A DNA stretch of 64,000 bases from NCBI GenBank assembly GCA_951406725.2, contig OX597819.1:89528001-89592000 (forward strand). Reading direction: 5' to 3'. This DNA comes from Octopus vulgaris. Taxonomy: Eukaryota. The translations under genes and the position numbers were made by a program. Shown here one piece after another: positions 42,430 through 54,561 of the stretch. The stretch's first letter is position 1. Each line of letters begins with the position of its first letter. The notes beneath the pieces were generated by a model, which saw only the letters and a program-made list of their open reading frames with translations, was not told the origin of the DNA and made no database searches.

Positions 42430-43185
42430 TCTTATTCCTAGCACTAAGCTAACTTTTTAATATTAGTATGACATTTATGTAATGCTTTTTATCTAATTTT
42501 CTTGTTCATTTCTGCGTGTTGTTTCTTATCAATTTCATCTACTCTTAAGTATTTGTAAGTGTGGGTCTTATCTAATTCTCCGATTTGCGTATCTGTTTCT
42601 AATTTAATATTCTCAGTTTCATTTAATTAGCCTCTTTTCACAGTAGCTTTCACATATTTGTCTAATCCCATGATTATTTTTATGTCTTGGTTGAATTTAA
42701 AAACAATTTTTTGTAAGTTTCCAACTAGGTATTGTCTTTCATAAATATTTTTCAGTCATCTATACGTATATAGATAATAGTTTATATTTTGTCTGTGGAT
42801 TCTGTAATCATTAGTGGTTCAACCAGCTTATTTGTTAATGGAGTCAGAGCTAAGTAAAAGAGTAGGGGGTAATAGTGAGTTTCTCCGGAAGATTCCTCTT
42901 CTTATGCGAATACTGATGGTTTTAGTTCTCTTTGGCGTGTAATGATTAGGGTTGTTTTTCATTCTAACACGGTTTATGTTCTTTGCAATTATTATGGATA
43001 CTATATCTGTGGAGCGTCTCCGGTTATGGTATGTTATCAAATACTTTTCGTTAATGAATCCAGATCATGCAAATATCTATTACTCTATTTTTGCTATTTC
43101 CTGTACTAGTCCGATTTATCAAAAGCAGTCCTTTGCTACCATTTATTCCTTTTTAGCAGCTTAGCATCCTTTTCGCTTCTGTATA
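42430..43185 (-). mobile_element. R4/Dong-like reverse transcriptase remnant
   Basis: RIRRGIFRRNSL (RRGIFQGDSL-like), QDIKIIMGLDKYVK, HTYKYLRV. Confidence 0.6.
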
Positions 43186-43559
43186 TTTATTCTTTTACTC
43201 TTCCACTTGTTTCAGTCGTTGGATTGCAGCCGTGCTGGAGTATCGCCTTCTACGGTTAATGAATGAACCCAGTAGTTATTTTAAGCCTGGTATTTATTCT
43301 GTCACTTTCCTTTGCCGAACCACAAAATTACAAAGACATAAACAAACCAATACAGGTTATCAATCGGGGGTGGGGGTAGAAACAAATAAAAACACATACA
43401 CAATTTTGGAGACTTATTTTCTTCGTACATACGTCTATATGTACACTCAGTGGGATCTGTCTAGTACTGGGGACTCATATTTGCTGTCTATGAATAGTTC
43501 GTCTATTTTTGAGTGAGTTTTGTTTGATTTTTGTAATCTTCGTTATATCCTTTACATTT

Positions 43560-45080
43560 AATAGCATATATATTAAATTTTTTGACGAACAGGTAACACA
43601 ATGTTTTTTATAAAAATCTCTCCTGAATTAAATTCATATTTTTTTGTCTGCAATGAGGTTGATGCAAGTCCCGCAATTAGGTCGGTCGGCTACACGTTTT
43701 GATTGTTTGTGTGAGGTTTGTGGAGGATAATTTAGTGCTGGTGAGTAGTTTCTGGAGAGATTTTGATTGTCTTTTGGTCTTAATTATTTTATGTATTTCA
43801 AGTGCTTGTTTCATTCTTGGGTCTTGTCTCAGTAGTGGAATGTTCTGGTGAATGATGTTATAAACCTTTGTCTTTAGGATTGCATGTTGTAATAAACGGT
43901 AGAGTATTGGGTATATCTGAATTTCATCTGGGTCGTCCCATTGGATACCTCATATAGGGGTTTCGGTTGCGCATACTATAGGAGTCACAGGGTGCTGCTC
44001 CATGTGGTCCCGCAGTTCCCATCTAACTAAGAATATTAGAGTCTCATCCATTGTCTTGTATTCAAGATCCTCTGCATGACATCCTGCTAGTTCAAAGCCA
44101 GATCCCGCCGATAACTAAATCCACGCCCTGCTGCCGACGCTTCGATAAAACTTTAAGATTTTGTCTGTCTTCTATACTTTGACTTGTTTAGCCTGGTAAG
44201 ACCTGCCTGTAGCTTTCTCTCCCTCCAGCATAGCTCTCCGGGTCAATGGAGCATACAGGCACTTCACCGCGATAAGATACTTGTTGAATTGGTCGTTGAC
44301 TACACAGTAGTTCTTCCGCCCTTTGACGGGTCTTAGCTTTCGTCCCGCAGGATGTCCAACAATCACCCTCCCCACCAAACAAGTATGGACGACCCGACCA
44401 TACGACAGGTTGTACTGGGTTATATGTTACCGGTACCGCTCAAGAGTAACCTGCACATGTATATCTGAAGTGTTTCCTATTTTCCGCAATTCGTGAATAT
44501 CTATTCTTTTGGCACACTCTCTTCCGTTGTCTATTAACATTGATGGATTTTTTCTCTCGATTAGTATTTGTTTTAATTTCTGGATTCTTTTATTTATGAG
44601 TTTCAACGTTTGAAACAATTATGCAGATTCTTCTTGCTAGATTAAAAGGAATATTAGTCTTTGCGTGTTTTGGATGGCATGAGGAGAACAGCAGGGATTG
44701 TTTGGAATCTGTTCGTTTGTAATGAATGTCTCTTTCAATGCTTTTGTCTGTTTTGATGATTAGAACGTCTTGAAATGATAGGTGAAATTAATTCTGCTGT
44801 TTATGCTGTTAATTAGGTTTTTGAAATCAATAAGCTGGTTAAAAGTGTGCGTCCACAAAATCAGGCAGTCATCTAAGCAACGTTTCCAGTTTTATAGTAA
44901 ATATTTTTGGAAGTCCAAACCATATTCTAATTTCAATTGTTCGTATATCTGGACCTCCATGTATGCCATGGTTGAATTGGTGTAAGTCAGAGCGAATTTT
45001 GTACCCTTCGCAGTCTCAGATATTTGTTTGTAAATATTGCTATTAAACTCCAAAAAGTTGTTTTCAAGGATGAAAATATG
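43560..45080 (-). mobile_element. Penelope-like retroelement RT and linker, decayed, split by an insertion at 43922-44458
   Basis: FILENNFLEFNSNIYKQISETAKGTKFALTYTNSTM, WKRCLDDCLILW, HYKRTDSKQSLLFSSCHPKHAKTNIPFNLARRIC, LPFITTCNP. Confidence 0.88.
43922..44458 (-). mobile_element. Non-autonomous RTE-derived retroposon with 11-bp TSD
   Basis: TSD gtatatctgaa at 43911-43921 and 44459-44469. Contains the RTE 5'UTR-type block atgctccattgacccggagagctatgctggaggg...caagtcaaag. No ORF. Confidence 0.75.
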
Positions 45081-45605
45081 TATGTATGTAACAATCGTCC
45101 TAGCCAAGACTGCAACATTATGTTGACAAATAATCTTTACTCTAGATTACTGTTACTGAATGTCTCTCGTTCAGAGATTTAGAAATAATAATTTCCTACT
45201 TATTTGATCAGTGACTGTATGTCACTTTGAAATGTATATATTTTGGAACAAGAGTTTAGTGGTGCCATCTCCAGCCAAGCAGTTATTCTATGCCGATGAA
45301 GAGAAATAACCACTATGTAGACAGCCATATGCTAGAAATAGATCACCTTTGATCTGATAGACGCTAAACAAACTTGTTCGAAAATGTAACGACGCCGATT
45401 GTGTGTCGTATAGCCAGCTATACACACACACGCATATATATATATATTTTAAGGGCTGAAAACCACTATGTGGACAGCCATATGCTAGAAATAGATCACC
45501 TACGATCAAACTACAAAGAAAGAATGTTCTCTAGAAAAAAATTCAGCGGACACCAAAACAATAGGCGGGCAAGACAGATGAAAATTATATAAAAATCAAG
45601 AATTA

Positions 45606-45680
45606 ATCGCATACCGGTTTCGTCTATTAACGAATAAATCACTTACGTAATCCTTCGTCCGTATGACTCATCAGTACGAT
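45606..45680 (-). ncRNA. Type I hammerhead ribozyme with extended stem II
   Basis: atcgta-CTGATGA-gtc...gac-GAA-accggt-A-tgcgat. Fully paired 6-bp stem I (one GU), canonical core, palindromic stem III, GUA site. Confidence 0.88.
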
Positions 45681-45762
45681 CGTTCCAAAAGCAATATAAT
45701 TTGTAAAACTAACCTCTAGTTTTCTGTATAAAAACAGACACGTGCTTAGTTCCACCGATTAC

Positions 45763-45799
<37 letters not shown>

Positions 45800-46022
45800 G
45801 TTCGACAGCAATAATAATTCTCTAAATGAGATATAGACAGTGACTGCTCCGTAATATAAGGGATATTAGCCAACCGAATATGGCTAGGGACAGGGCAGGG
45901 TGGTGGGGGTGTCACTGTTGCATTTAGCCCCAGGCAAACATCAACGTCACCAGATAGGCCTGACGCCATCACGGCGTCCTCTATCTTGCAAAGGGAGATC
46001 ACTCACCAAGAAGCCGATACCA

Positions 46023-46068
46023 CACACGGACCTAGGTTTCAAGGTGTATTGCCTATTATCAACGTGTG
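46023..46068 (-). ncRNA. Type I hammerhead motif, U3-A8 variant (unit 1)
   Basis: cacacg-TTGATAA-t-agg-caataca-cct-t-GAA-acctaggt-C-cgtgtg. Perfect stem I, palindromic stem III, GUC site. U-U at the base of stem II. Confidence 0.72.
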
Positions 46069-46378
46069 GTAGGCATCGCTTCTCGATGAACGACCAACTT
46101 TGCAAGATATATATAAGGATTTTCAAGTAAATACATTTACTGATTTCGAAAATCTGTTCGACAGCAATAATAATTCTCTAAATGAGATATAGACAGTGAC
46201 TGCTCCGTAATATAAGGGATATTAGCCAACCGAATATGGCTAGGGACAGGGCAGGGTGGTTGGGGTGTCACTGTTGCATTTAGCCCCAGGCGAACATCAA
46301 CGTCACCAGATAGGCCTGACGCCATCACGGCGTCCTCTATCTTGCAAAGGGAGATCACTCACCAAGAAGCCGATACCA

Positions 46379-46424
46379 CACACGGACCTAGGTTTCAAGG
46401 TGTATTGCCTATTATCAACGTGTG
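46379..46424 (-). ncRNA. Type I hammerhead motif, U3-A8 variant (unit 2)
   Basis: Identical to 46023-46068, offset by 356. Confidence 0.72.
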
Positions 46425-46614
46425 GTAGGCATCGCTTCTCGATGAACGACCAACTTTGCAAGATATATATAAGGATTTTCAAGTAAATACATTTACTGAT
46501 TTCGAAATATGTCCCTAGCCATATTTACTGATTTCGAAATATGTCCCTAGCCATATTCGGTTGGCTAATATCCCTTATATATATATATATATATATATAT
46601 ATTAGGGATGGAAA

Positions 46615-46955
46615 TTCTTCCTCTTCTTCAACCCTTCATTCCATGTAGAGCATAAGCTATTTTCTCCAGTTGAAGCCCTTTTTTTTCAGCTCTTTCTCAA
46701 TATCCTGCCTCATATGTTTTCACGAGGTAATGTCTTCCTCTCTTGTAGGTTATGAATTCCTTAATGCTTCAGTTACTTTGCTTTTTCTAAGCAGTGGTCC
46801 TACTCAAACCCTTTTTTACTAGGAAGTGGTGGTTCATATTAGTATAGCCTCTGTCTCTGACCTGTCCTGCATGGGAGACCCTACTAGGAGATCATGCTTT
46901 ACAGGCATAGCTCTCGGGGTTATTGGGGCGCATAAGTCGCCACACTGCAACAAGG
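46615..46955 (-). mobile_element. Internally deleted RTE derivative (5'UTR fused to 3' tail)
   Basis: Minus: ccttgttgcagtgtggcgacttatgcgccccaataaccccgagagctatgcc...gtagggtctcccatgcaggacaggtcagag, then RQDIEKELKKKGFNWR and a gaa-rich tail. Confidence 0.7.
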
Positions 46956-47727
46956 ACTGAACATTGTAGTGGATGAATGAATACTTAAAAGGTAATACGT
47001 ATGTAAAGAAAATAAAAGCAAGAAAGCCACAAAACCTAGATGCACAGGAAATAAGATTTAAATTAAAAACATTATGAACGATAACCATGACGATAAACCT
47101 AACACATACAAAACAAAATAAAATAAATAACAAACGCAACAAAATTAAACCTTAACACAGGGACAGGACAACGATAAACAAAAGCCAAACCAAAAGGGCA
47201 CATAATAAGATATAAATAAAAAGGGATATCGTTTATCTTACGGTCTGGGGTTATACTAGAAGACCTTAGATACCGTGCATTGGGACTGAATTCGAGACCA
47301 TGTAGTTGAGAAGCGAGTTTCTTAACTACTCGGCCACGTCCGCGTCAGACAAAGCTTTCGCAGCAAGAACAACCAAACATGCGATGGAGCAGAAACTGGG
47401 AGGTTTGTGACGGAACAATTAATTACATTGTTTCTGGTTATTCACTCTTAGTCAAACTTCCATACTCTAGAACTTATGCAAGTAATATTAAACAGCACCG
47501 ATTTCACGTTTTTTTTTTTCCCCCGATGTCACCTACTTACTTTCTGTCTCCTCTTCATTATCAGAAAACGACGTGGGTTTGGCGCTGATTGTTACTGACG
47601 GAAAGTGTATTTTCGTCTCAAATACTGATTGGTTAATGTGTGACGCACTAACTGAGCTTGTCTCTTCACTCCGTCCGCAGTTTTTAAAACACATATCAAG
47701 CAATTTGCTCTCCTTCGTCCGATGCAG

Positions 47728-47832
47728 GAAATTTCGCTTCACATAGTGCAAGGAAGGGTGGTGAAGGAGCTCTCCCCCCGGATGCTCTTTGGCGGACACA
47801 TGGAATACTCCAGTTGGTCTGATAATATACAG
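47728..47832 (+). other. Candidate host exon (possibly a 5' exon)
   Basis: Non-repetitive, GC-richer sequence. Pyrimidine tract plus cag acceptor, donor CAG|GTAGGT, 105 nt open in phase 0. Upstream gattgg and tgacgca motifs. No recognised homology. Confidence 0.25.
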
Positions 47833-47983
47833 GTAGGTCACGTTTCTTCTCTTTCAGTCCCATGTGTCAGCTTCGGACAGAAAGCATCCGTTTTTGTCAT
47901 GTCATGTTGCTATGCAGTCTTCCTTTCGTCTAAATGCTCCTAGTCTAAAATTTGCTTGTTTCACGTTATATTTTCAAAGCATA

Positions 47984-48383
47984 CAAGGCGGCGAGCTGGC
48001 GGAAACGTTAGCACGCCGGGCGAAATGCTTAGCGGTATTTCGTCTGCGGCTGCGTTCTGAGTTCAAATTCCGCCGAGGTCGACTTTGCCTTTCATTCTTT
48101 CGAGGTCGATTAAATAAGTACCAGTTGCGCTCTGGGGTCGATGTAATCGACTTAATCCGTTTGTCTGTCCTTGTTTGTCCCTTCTGTGTTTAGCCCCTAG
48201 TGGGTAGTAAAGAAATAGGTATTTCGTCTGTCTTTATGTTCCGAGTTCAAATTCCGCCGAGGTCGACTTTGCCTTACATCCTTTCGGAGTCGATAAATTA
48301 AGTACCAGTTGTGTACTGGGATCGATCTAATTGACTGGCTCCCTACCCCAAAATTTCGAGTCTTGTGCCTAGAGTAGAAAAGG
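47984..48383 (+). mobile_element. Dimeric Meta-like tRNA SINE with 16-bp TSD
   Basis: TSD atattttcaaagcata at 47968-47983 and 48384-48399. Head plus two core copies with different 3' tails. Confidence 0.9.
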
Positions 48384-48552
48384 ATATTTTCAAAGCATAA
48401 AACTGATCACCCTCTTGAAATTCTATTGTTATTTTCATCCGACAGTTTTTGCGTGTCTGTATGAATGTTTCTATCGTTTTTACTATCGGTGTCCATAGGG
48501 CCTTTCTTGACAGCACTATTCTTCACAGAAATTTCAATACTTGCTACCTCTA

Positions 48553-48745
48553 AGGGGCGAACTGGCAGGATTGGTAGCACGCTGGGCAAAATGTTTAGCG
48601 GTATTTCATCTTTAAGTTCTGAGTTCAAATCCCACCAAGGTCGACTTTGTCTTTTATCCTTTTAAAGTCGAAAAAAATAAGTAATCGACTTCCTCCTCCA
48701 CAGAAATTGCTGGTCTTGTGCCAAAATTTGAAACCAATATTTTTT
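48553..48745 (+). mobile_element. Older Meta-like tRNA SINE copy
   Basis: ggcgaactggcagg...gagttcaaatcccaccaaggtcgactttg. Confidence 0.8.
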
Positions 48746-49261
48746 ACCTCTGAACAGCAACACATTTCTGTGAACTTTCTTTGTGGGTGTGTATTTGTTT
48801 AAAATCTGTGCAAACTCGTCAACATTCATGATTTATGATTAGATGGAAGTTACCCGTCGCCTTTTCATACATGTGTAGACGAAAAAGTATATAAATAAAA
48901 TATAAAATTAGTCTAACAACAAATTCCTTTTTCATTTCGACTGAATTCTATTTGGTCAAACTTCTAACTCCTGCATGAAATTAGACGCTAAAAATATTCT
49001 TCCATACAGTTGAAGTATGTTGGAATCCTAGAAGTTGGAGGGGCGGTGTAAAAACATGTCTGAACAGGTTGGCCGTGAATAATGATAACACCCTCCCATC
49101 CCTCGGCACCACCACTACCACAACCAATCAACAACACCGACAAGGACGACGACGATGATGATGGGAGTGATCATCATCATCATGGTCATCATCGTCGTCA
49201 TTATCCTCATCACCTTTGTTGATTATTATTATTATTGTTGTTGTTGTTGTTGTTGTTGTGG

Positions 49262-49317
<56 letters not shown>

Positions 49318-50431
49318 GCTTTAACGTGAGTACAAGGCCACAGTATTTAGTGGAGGGGTATGAATAGTTGATTTAATCGACCTTGGAAGGATGAAAGATA
49401 AAGTAAAAAGAAAAACAAACAAACAAACAAAAAACAAATCTAAAAAAAACTAAAAATCCATTTAGTGGAAAGTTATACTCGGTCGGCTTTAAGCCGATAG
49501 AGAATCAATCAATAAATCAAATGTGTCTTTGAAGTCATCAATTTTAGCAGATATTCGTCCAACTTTCTATCAAAGACTGTTATTTATTTCTAAAACCAAA
49601 ATTCAAAATCACGTTAGCTATTTCTTAATTTCACCAACTTCCTATATTTCACTATAAAATGTCATCTCATTTTGAATAATGACATATTTTACTTAAGCAC
49701 AAAGTTTGCAGCTCTTCCCCCGCATTTGTGTTTCTCTCTTTTCTTTTCTTTTCTTTTCTTTCTTTTGTTTTTTGGGGTTTTTTTCATGTAAGGAGAGGGA
49801 ATACAGTTGATTGACTTGACCTCAATAACATATCAATACTCATCTTAATCAAAATTCATTATACTGAACTGAAGTATATTCACACGTTCAAGCCGTGTAT
49901 GTAGTATTTTAAACATCGACTTTGATATAATGAATTTATAGTTTTTAATGCTATGGTTAGTGTCTGTAAAGCTTTGAAACCAATATGCAAATAAACCTAT
50001 CCCACATGCAAATTACATCTCATTTCTATGAAACTTCAGGCTATTATTTTCTCAGCAGAATGGCAGGGTTGCATCGAAATTGATCGTTCCATAACGGATG
50101 TTGTTTTACCAAGAATTTGGGAGTATGCTCCCACACAGCTAGATTAATGATATGCATTTCAAATAACTGTTATATTTTACTTGTTTTAGTAACTGGACTG
50201 CGGTCATGTACTGCCTTGAAGGTCTTTAGTCAAACAAGCAGCCCCAGTGCTTATTTTTGAATGTTACTTACTCTGTCTCTTAGTTATGAGGGCGTAAACA
50301 AACCAACATCGATTGTCGTGCGGTGAAGGGACAAACACCGACACAAAGGCCCATGCATGTACTCGACGGGCTTCCGTATAGTTTCCGTCAACCAAAGCAT
50401 TGGTCAACACGAGACTATAGTAGGAAACACT

Positions 50432-50658
50432 ATAAGGCGGCGAGCTGGCAGAAACGTTAGCACGCCGGGCGAGATGCGTAGCCGTATTTCGTCTGTCGTT
50501 ACGTTGTGAGTTCAAATTCCGCCGAGGTCGACTTTGCCTTTCATCCTTTCGGGGTCGATAAATAAAGTACCAATTGCGCACTGGGGTCGAAGTAATCGAC
50601 TTTGTCTGTTCTTGTTTGTCCCCTCTATGTTTAGCCCCTTGTGGGCAATAAAGAAATA
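50432..50658 (+). mobile_element. Meta-like tRNA SINE nested in an older CORE-type SINE (50170-50720, minus)
   Basis: 16-bp TSD tatagtaggaaacact at 50416-50431 and 50659-50674. Confidence 0.92.
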
Positions 50659-51454
50659 TATAGTAGGAAACACTTACTCAATGGGTCTAAACTCGAAACT
50701 GTGTGGTTGCCAAGCGAGCTTTGATAGAACACTTTTGATAATAGTATATTAAATTATAGAAATCAGGGAGAATCTGAGCAACAAAATCAACTACAACAGT
50801 TAACTAATTTCTTATACTGTATATACCTTTTGCTTTTAGATTTACAAAATAAGAAAAGAATTGTGTATTTGGAACCTGTCATTTTGTGCATGACTGCTCG
50901 TGTTGTCAACTGCAAACAAGTGAAATATTGGTGAAATTCTGCTTTAAACACGCCTTATAACCCCCTCATAATTCTTTTATTATTTGGAATTTTCAGAAAA
51001 GTTTTGCAAATTTGTATCCTACACACGGGAATTTATATGATTATGCAAAGAAAAGGTGCGTGATTTAAGACCTATTTAGCTATTATTTTCAGCACATCTC
51101 ACAACTACTTCATACCTCATGTGTTTTAAGCATTTAGTGAGCGAAAAATGACCACGTGGTTAAACAACTTGGTAATAGCTCGGCTTGTTACTATGGAAAC
51201 AGGCACCTATGTGTCTGTAGCTTTCGATTGGCTAGAATTACCCAAAATTTGCGACTTTAAAAGCTATTATCACTTCATTGATTAATGGCGAAAATGAATT
51301 TCATATCAATGATTACCCTACAAAACTACACCAATTCATCAAATATGAAATCAATTGAAACAAAAATTGAAGAAATCGAAAAGTGACAGCCAAACAGAAA
51401 AGATCCGAAATTCATACTTCAGTAATGTACCAAAATAGGATTACATATTTAACA

Positions 51455-51625
51455 GACATGGCTTTGGGGTTAAGAAACTCGCTTTGCGATCATGTGGTTT
51501 CGAGATCAGTCCCACTACATGTTCCCTTGGGCAAAGAGTCTTCTACTAATAGCCCTGGGACAACCAATGCCGTGTGAGGGGATCTGGAATTTGATAGACA
51601 GAAACTGTATGGAAGCCCGTTGTAT
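51455..51625 (+). mobile_element. Degenerate CORE-type SINE 5' half
   Basis: cccttgggcaaagagtcttctactaatagcc...gacagaaactgtatggaagcccg. Confidence 0.65.
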
Positions 51626-51895
51626 ATATATATATATATATATATGAATTTGCGTTTGGCCCTCTGGCCGATAACTGCAGAGAAATTGGTGACCTTCTGT
51701 GTTTTCTGTCCGCCTGTGTATTTAGTATATGTTCGTTTGTTTATTTAGTACACGTTTTTAAAATTATATATTGGCATATTTTCCGTTTGTTGTCTTTTTA
51801 TTTAATCCTTTTTATTTAATGCATACATACATACACACACACATATATATACACATACACGCACACACATATTCACATTTATATATATATATACA

Positions 51896-51932
<37 letters not shown>

Positions 51933-53837
51933 TCGTATATGTACGTATGTATGGATATATGTATGTGTGAGTGTGTCTTCAAGTGTAAAAAAGAATTATC
52001 TTATTGAATTCTACTGACTACAGTACTTAGGATTTGAACTCAAAGACGAAATATATTGCATCGTATATTATGTTATATGACATATTATTTCAGTATTACA
52101 TTATATTGTAAATATGCACGATGTATGTGTGTGTGTGTGTGTGTGTGTGTATGTACATATGTATGTATCTATATAAGCCAGTAAGGGAAACTCTTCGTGT
52201 CGATTGATTTACTAGAAATAACAAGCAAATTCCTCTCAGAATCACACCCTACAATTTTAAAGAAATAAATAGCCGAATACATGGCAGTCTGAGATTAATT
52301 ATGGCAAGAAACAAAAAGGCAATAAGATCATGGATAGGATACTTTTGATTATAGTACACTAAATCAGAAAAATCAGGGAAAATTGGGACTAAATAATAAA
52401 ATCAACTACAACAGTTAACCAATTTTGCTTTCGATTTACAAAAAGAAAAAAATGATGAAATGAGTTGTGGCATTCATGCTATTTCATACGGTGTTAGTGT
52501 CATAACTGTAGCAGTTCCAATTGGGGATCAATAAGTTAAAAATATTTTATTGATTGATGTCATCAATTTCTTCGATTGAACTAGTCAACTATCTTAAATG
52601 TTTAGCATATAACAAATACCAACACATACGTAGTAAAGTATACACGAGCATATTTTATATTATGACTAGTGTACCTATGTTGACGTATTTTCCAATCATG
52701 TTCTTAAAAGGAAAAATTAAAGTAAAATATTGTCCTTTTTGCTTTTTTTCCCCCCTTTTCAAAATATATACCACATACAAAGTTATAAAAATCATTATTA
52801 AACAGAAAACTCAGCTAAACAAAGATAAATATATAAAGATTAAATATAATTTTATAAAAAAAAAATTTTAATTCTGAAATTTAATAATAAAGAATTTTTC
52901 CATAAAAAAAAAAGTTCCCTTGTCGTTGCAAATTTTTTTATTCTTCCTCTTCAGGTTTGAATAGATTAATCTTTGCGTTTTGTATTTTTATACCGATGCA
53001 AAAAGCTGATGTAACGCAAAATGATTGAATATAATTATATTTCAATTTTGTTTTTTGTTTTTTTTTTATCAAAGAATGACTTTGTTCATACAACTAAAAT
53101 TGATTTGTTTAAAAAAAAAATTGCAAAAATTATCTCTGTTCGTTACAATTACGTCATCCACTACTTGCCATATAAGGATTTTGCGAATTCAGAAATAGAT
53201 AGATTTATATATGCGTTGATGACGACGATGAAAACATAGTCCACCATAATGAGTGAGCGTAACAATACCTGCACGAATTATTTTTAACGAAGCACAAAAT
53301 TTGAGGTTTGTTGCGGAAAAGAAAAAAGCAAGTAGTGTCGTACATGCATTTCCCCCGTCAGTGGCAAATATGAACGAGAACTAAGACGCAAAGAGGTCTT
53401 ACTCTGCACCTCACTACAGTTATTACACCACAATAACAGCTTATCGTCTTATCTTTTGCCTAGAAATCTGATTCAGCATATTACTAGTTCGTGCTCAAGA
53501 CGACTACTATGTGGTCGCTCAACCTGCCAGAAACAACAGGCAAATTTCGCTCCTATCAAATTTTACCCTATCACAAAAAGAAAGGATGAATATATGCGAT
53601 AATGTATTACTTGATGCGCTATGGCTAAAGAAAAAAGAAAACAAAAGAAGAAGGATTACCACTACAGGTAGGCCTTTGATCATAGGTCTGATTAAGAATG
53701 ATATACGGGGTTAAACAACAGCAACAATAATTGATTTTTTGGTTAACGTATCCAAGCCCTCTGCTAAATAGGTTATTTCGTTATCATACGTGTAAGCTTC
53801 CCAGGGCACAAACTGACCAGGGCACAAAGAGTATGTA

Positions 53838-54175
53838 TTAAGCACTCCGTCGGTTACGACGATGAGGGTTCCGGTTGATCCGATCAACGGAACAGTCTGC
53901 TCGTGGAATTAACGTAGTTCTCGGATATTCAGCGTGACACAGAGAGTGACAAGGCCGGCCCTTTGAAATACAGGTACAACAGAAACAGGAAGTAAGAGTG
54001 AGAGAAAGTTGTGGTGAAAGAGTACAGCAGGGATTACCACCATCCCTGCCGGAGCCTCGTGGAGCTTTAGGTGTTTTCGCTCAATAAACACTCACAACGC
54101 CCGGTCTGGGAATCGAAACCGCGATCCTACGACCGCGAGTTCGCTGCCCTAACCACTGGGCCATTGCGCCTCCAC
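53838..54175 (-). mobile_element. tRNA-derived SINE with RTE-like tail (third family)
   Basis: Head gtggaggcgcaatggcccagtggttaggg...ggtttcgattccc (A/B boxes). Tail catcgtcgtaaccgacggagtgc. Confidence 0.85.
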
Positions 54176-54561
54176 TGCTGAGTTAATAATAATGTAATGG
54201 ACAATCAACGAAGAGGTCAGAGGTTGTTTGTTCAGTCAAACATATCTTTGGTTAAGACATTTAACTCTGAAAAGTTTATTTCAACCAGCTGTATGCAGAT
54301 TCTAGACGGGTGGTATAGTTCACTTCTAATAGGCAGCAGCAGCTCCGATAAGTTGATAAAAGTGGTTGTTGTTATTGTTGTTGTTGTTGTTGTAGTTTAC
54401 ATAGCTGTTTTAGCTCCCAATCAGCCTATAAATCAAAGACATTCGTACCGTTACTTTCCTTTCTTTTAAGTATTTATTCATTTTTTGTTTTTTTGTTTTT
54501 TCAGGTATACATTACTCGGGACTACATCAGCTGATATGTTCTTATTTAATATAGTAGGACG

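Larger units (their letters stand above)
45796..46507 (-). repeat. 356-bp tandem dimer, each unit with one hammerhead motif (retrozyme / tandem pLTR-like)
   Basis: Units start at 45796 and 46152 and are near-identical. The duplicate ORFs in the track are offset by 356. Confidence 0.92.

Noticed and set aside
45796-46507. CRISPR-like or coding interpretation of the repeated unit
   Set aside because: Two long identical units with no spacers. The ORFs are short with no recognisable domain, and the context is eukaryotic.
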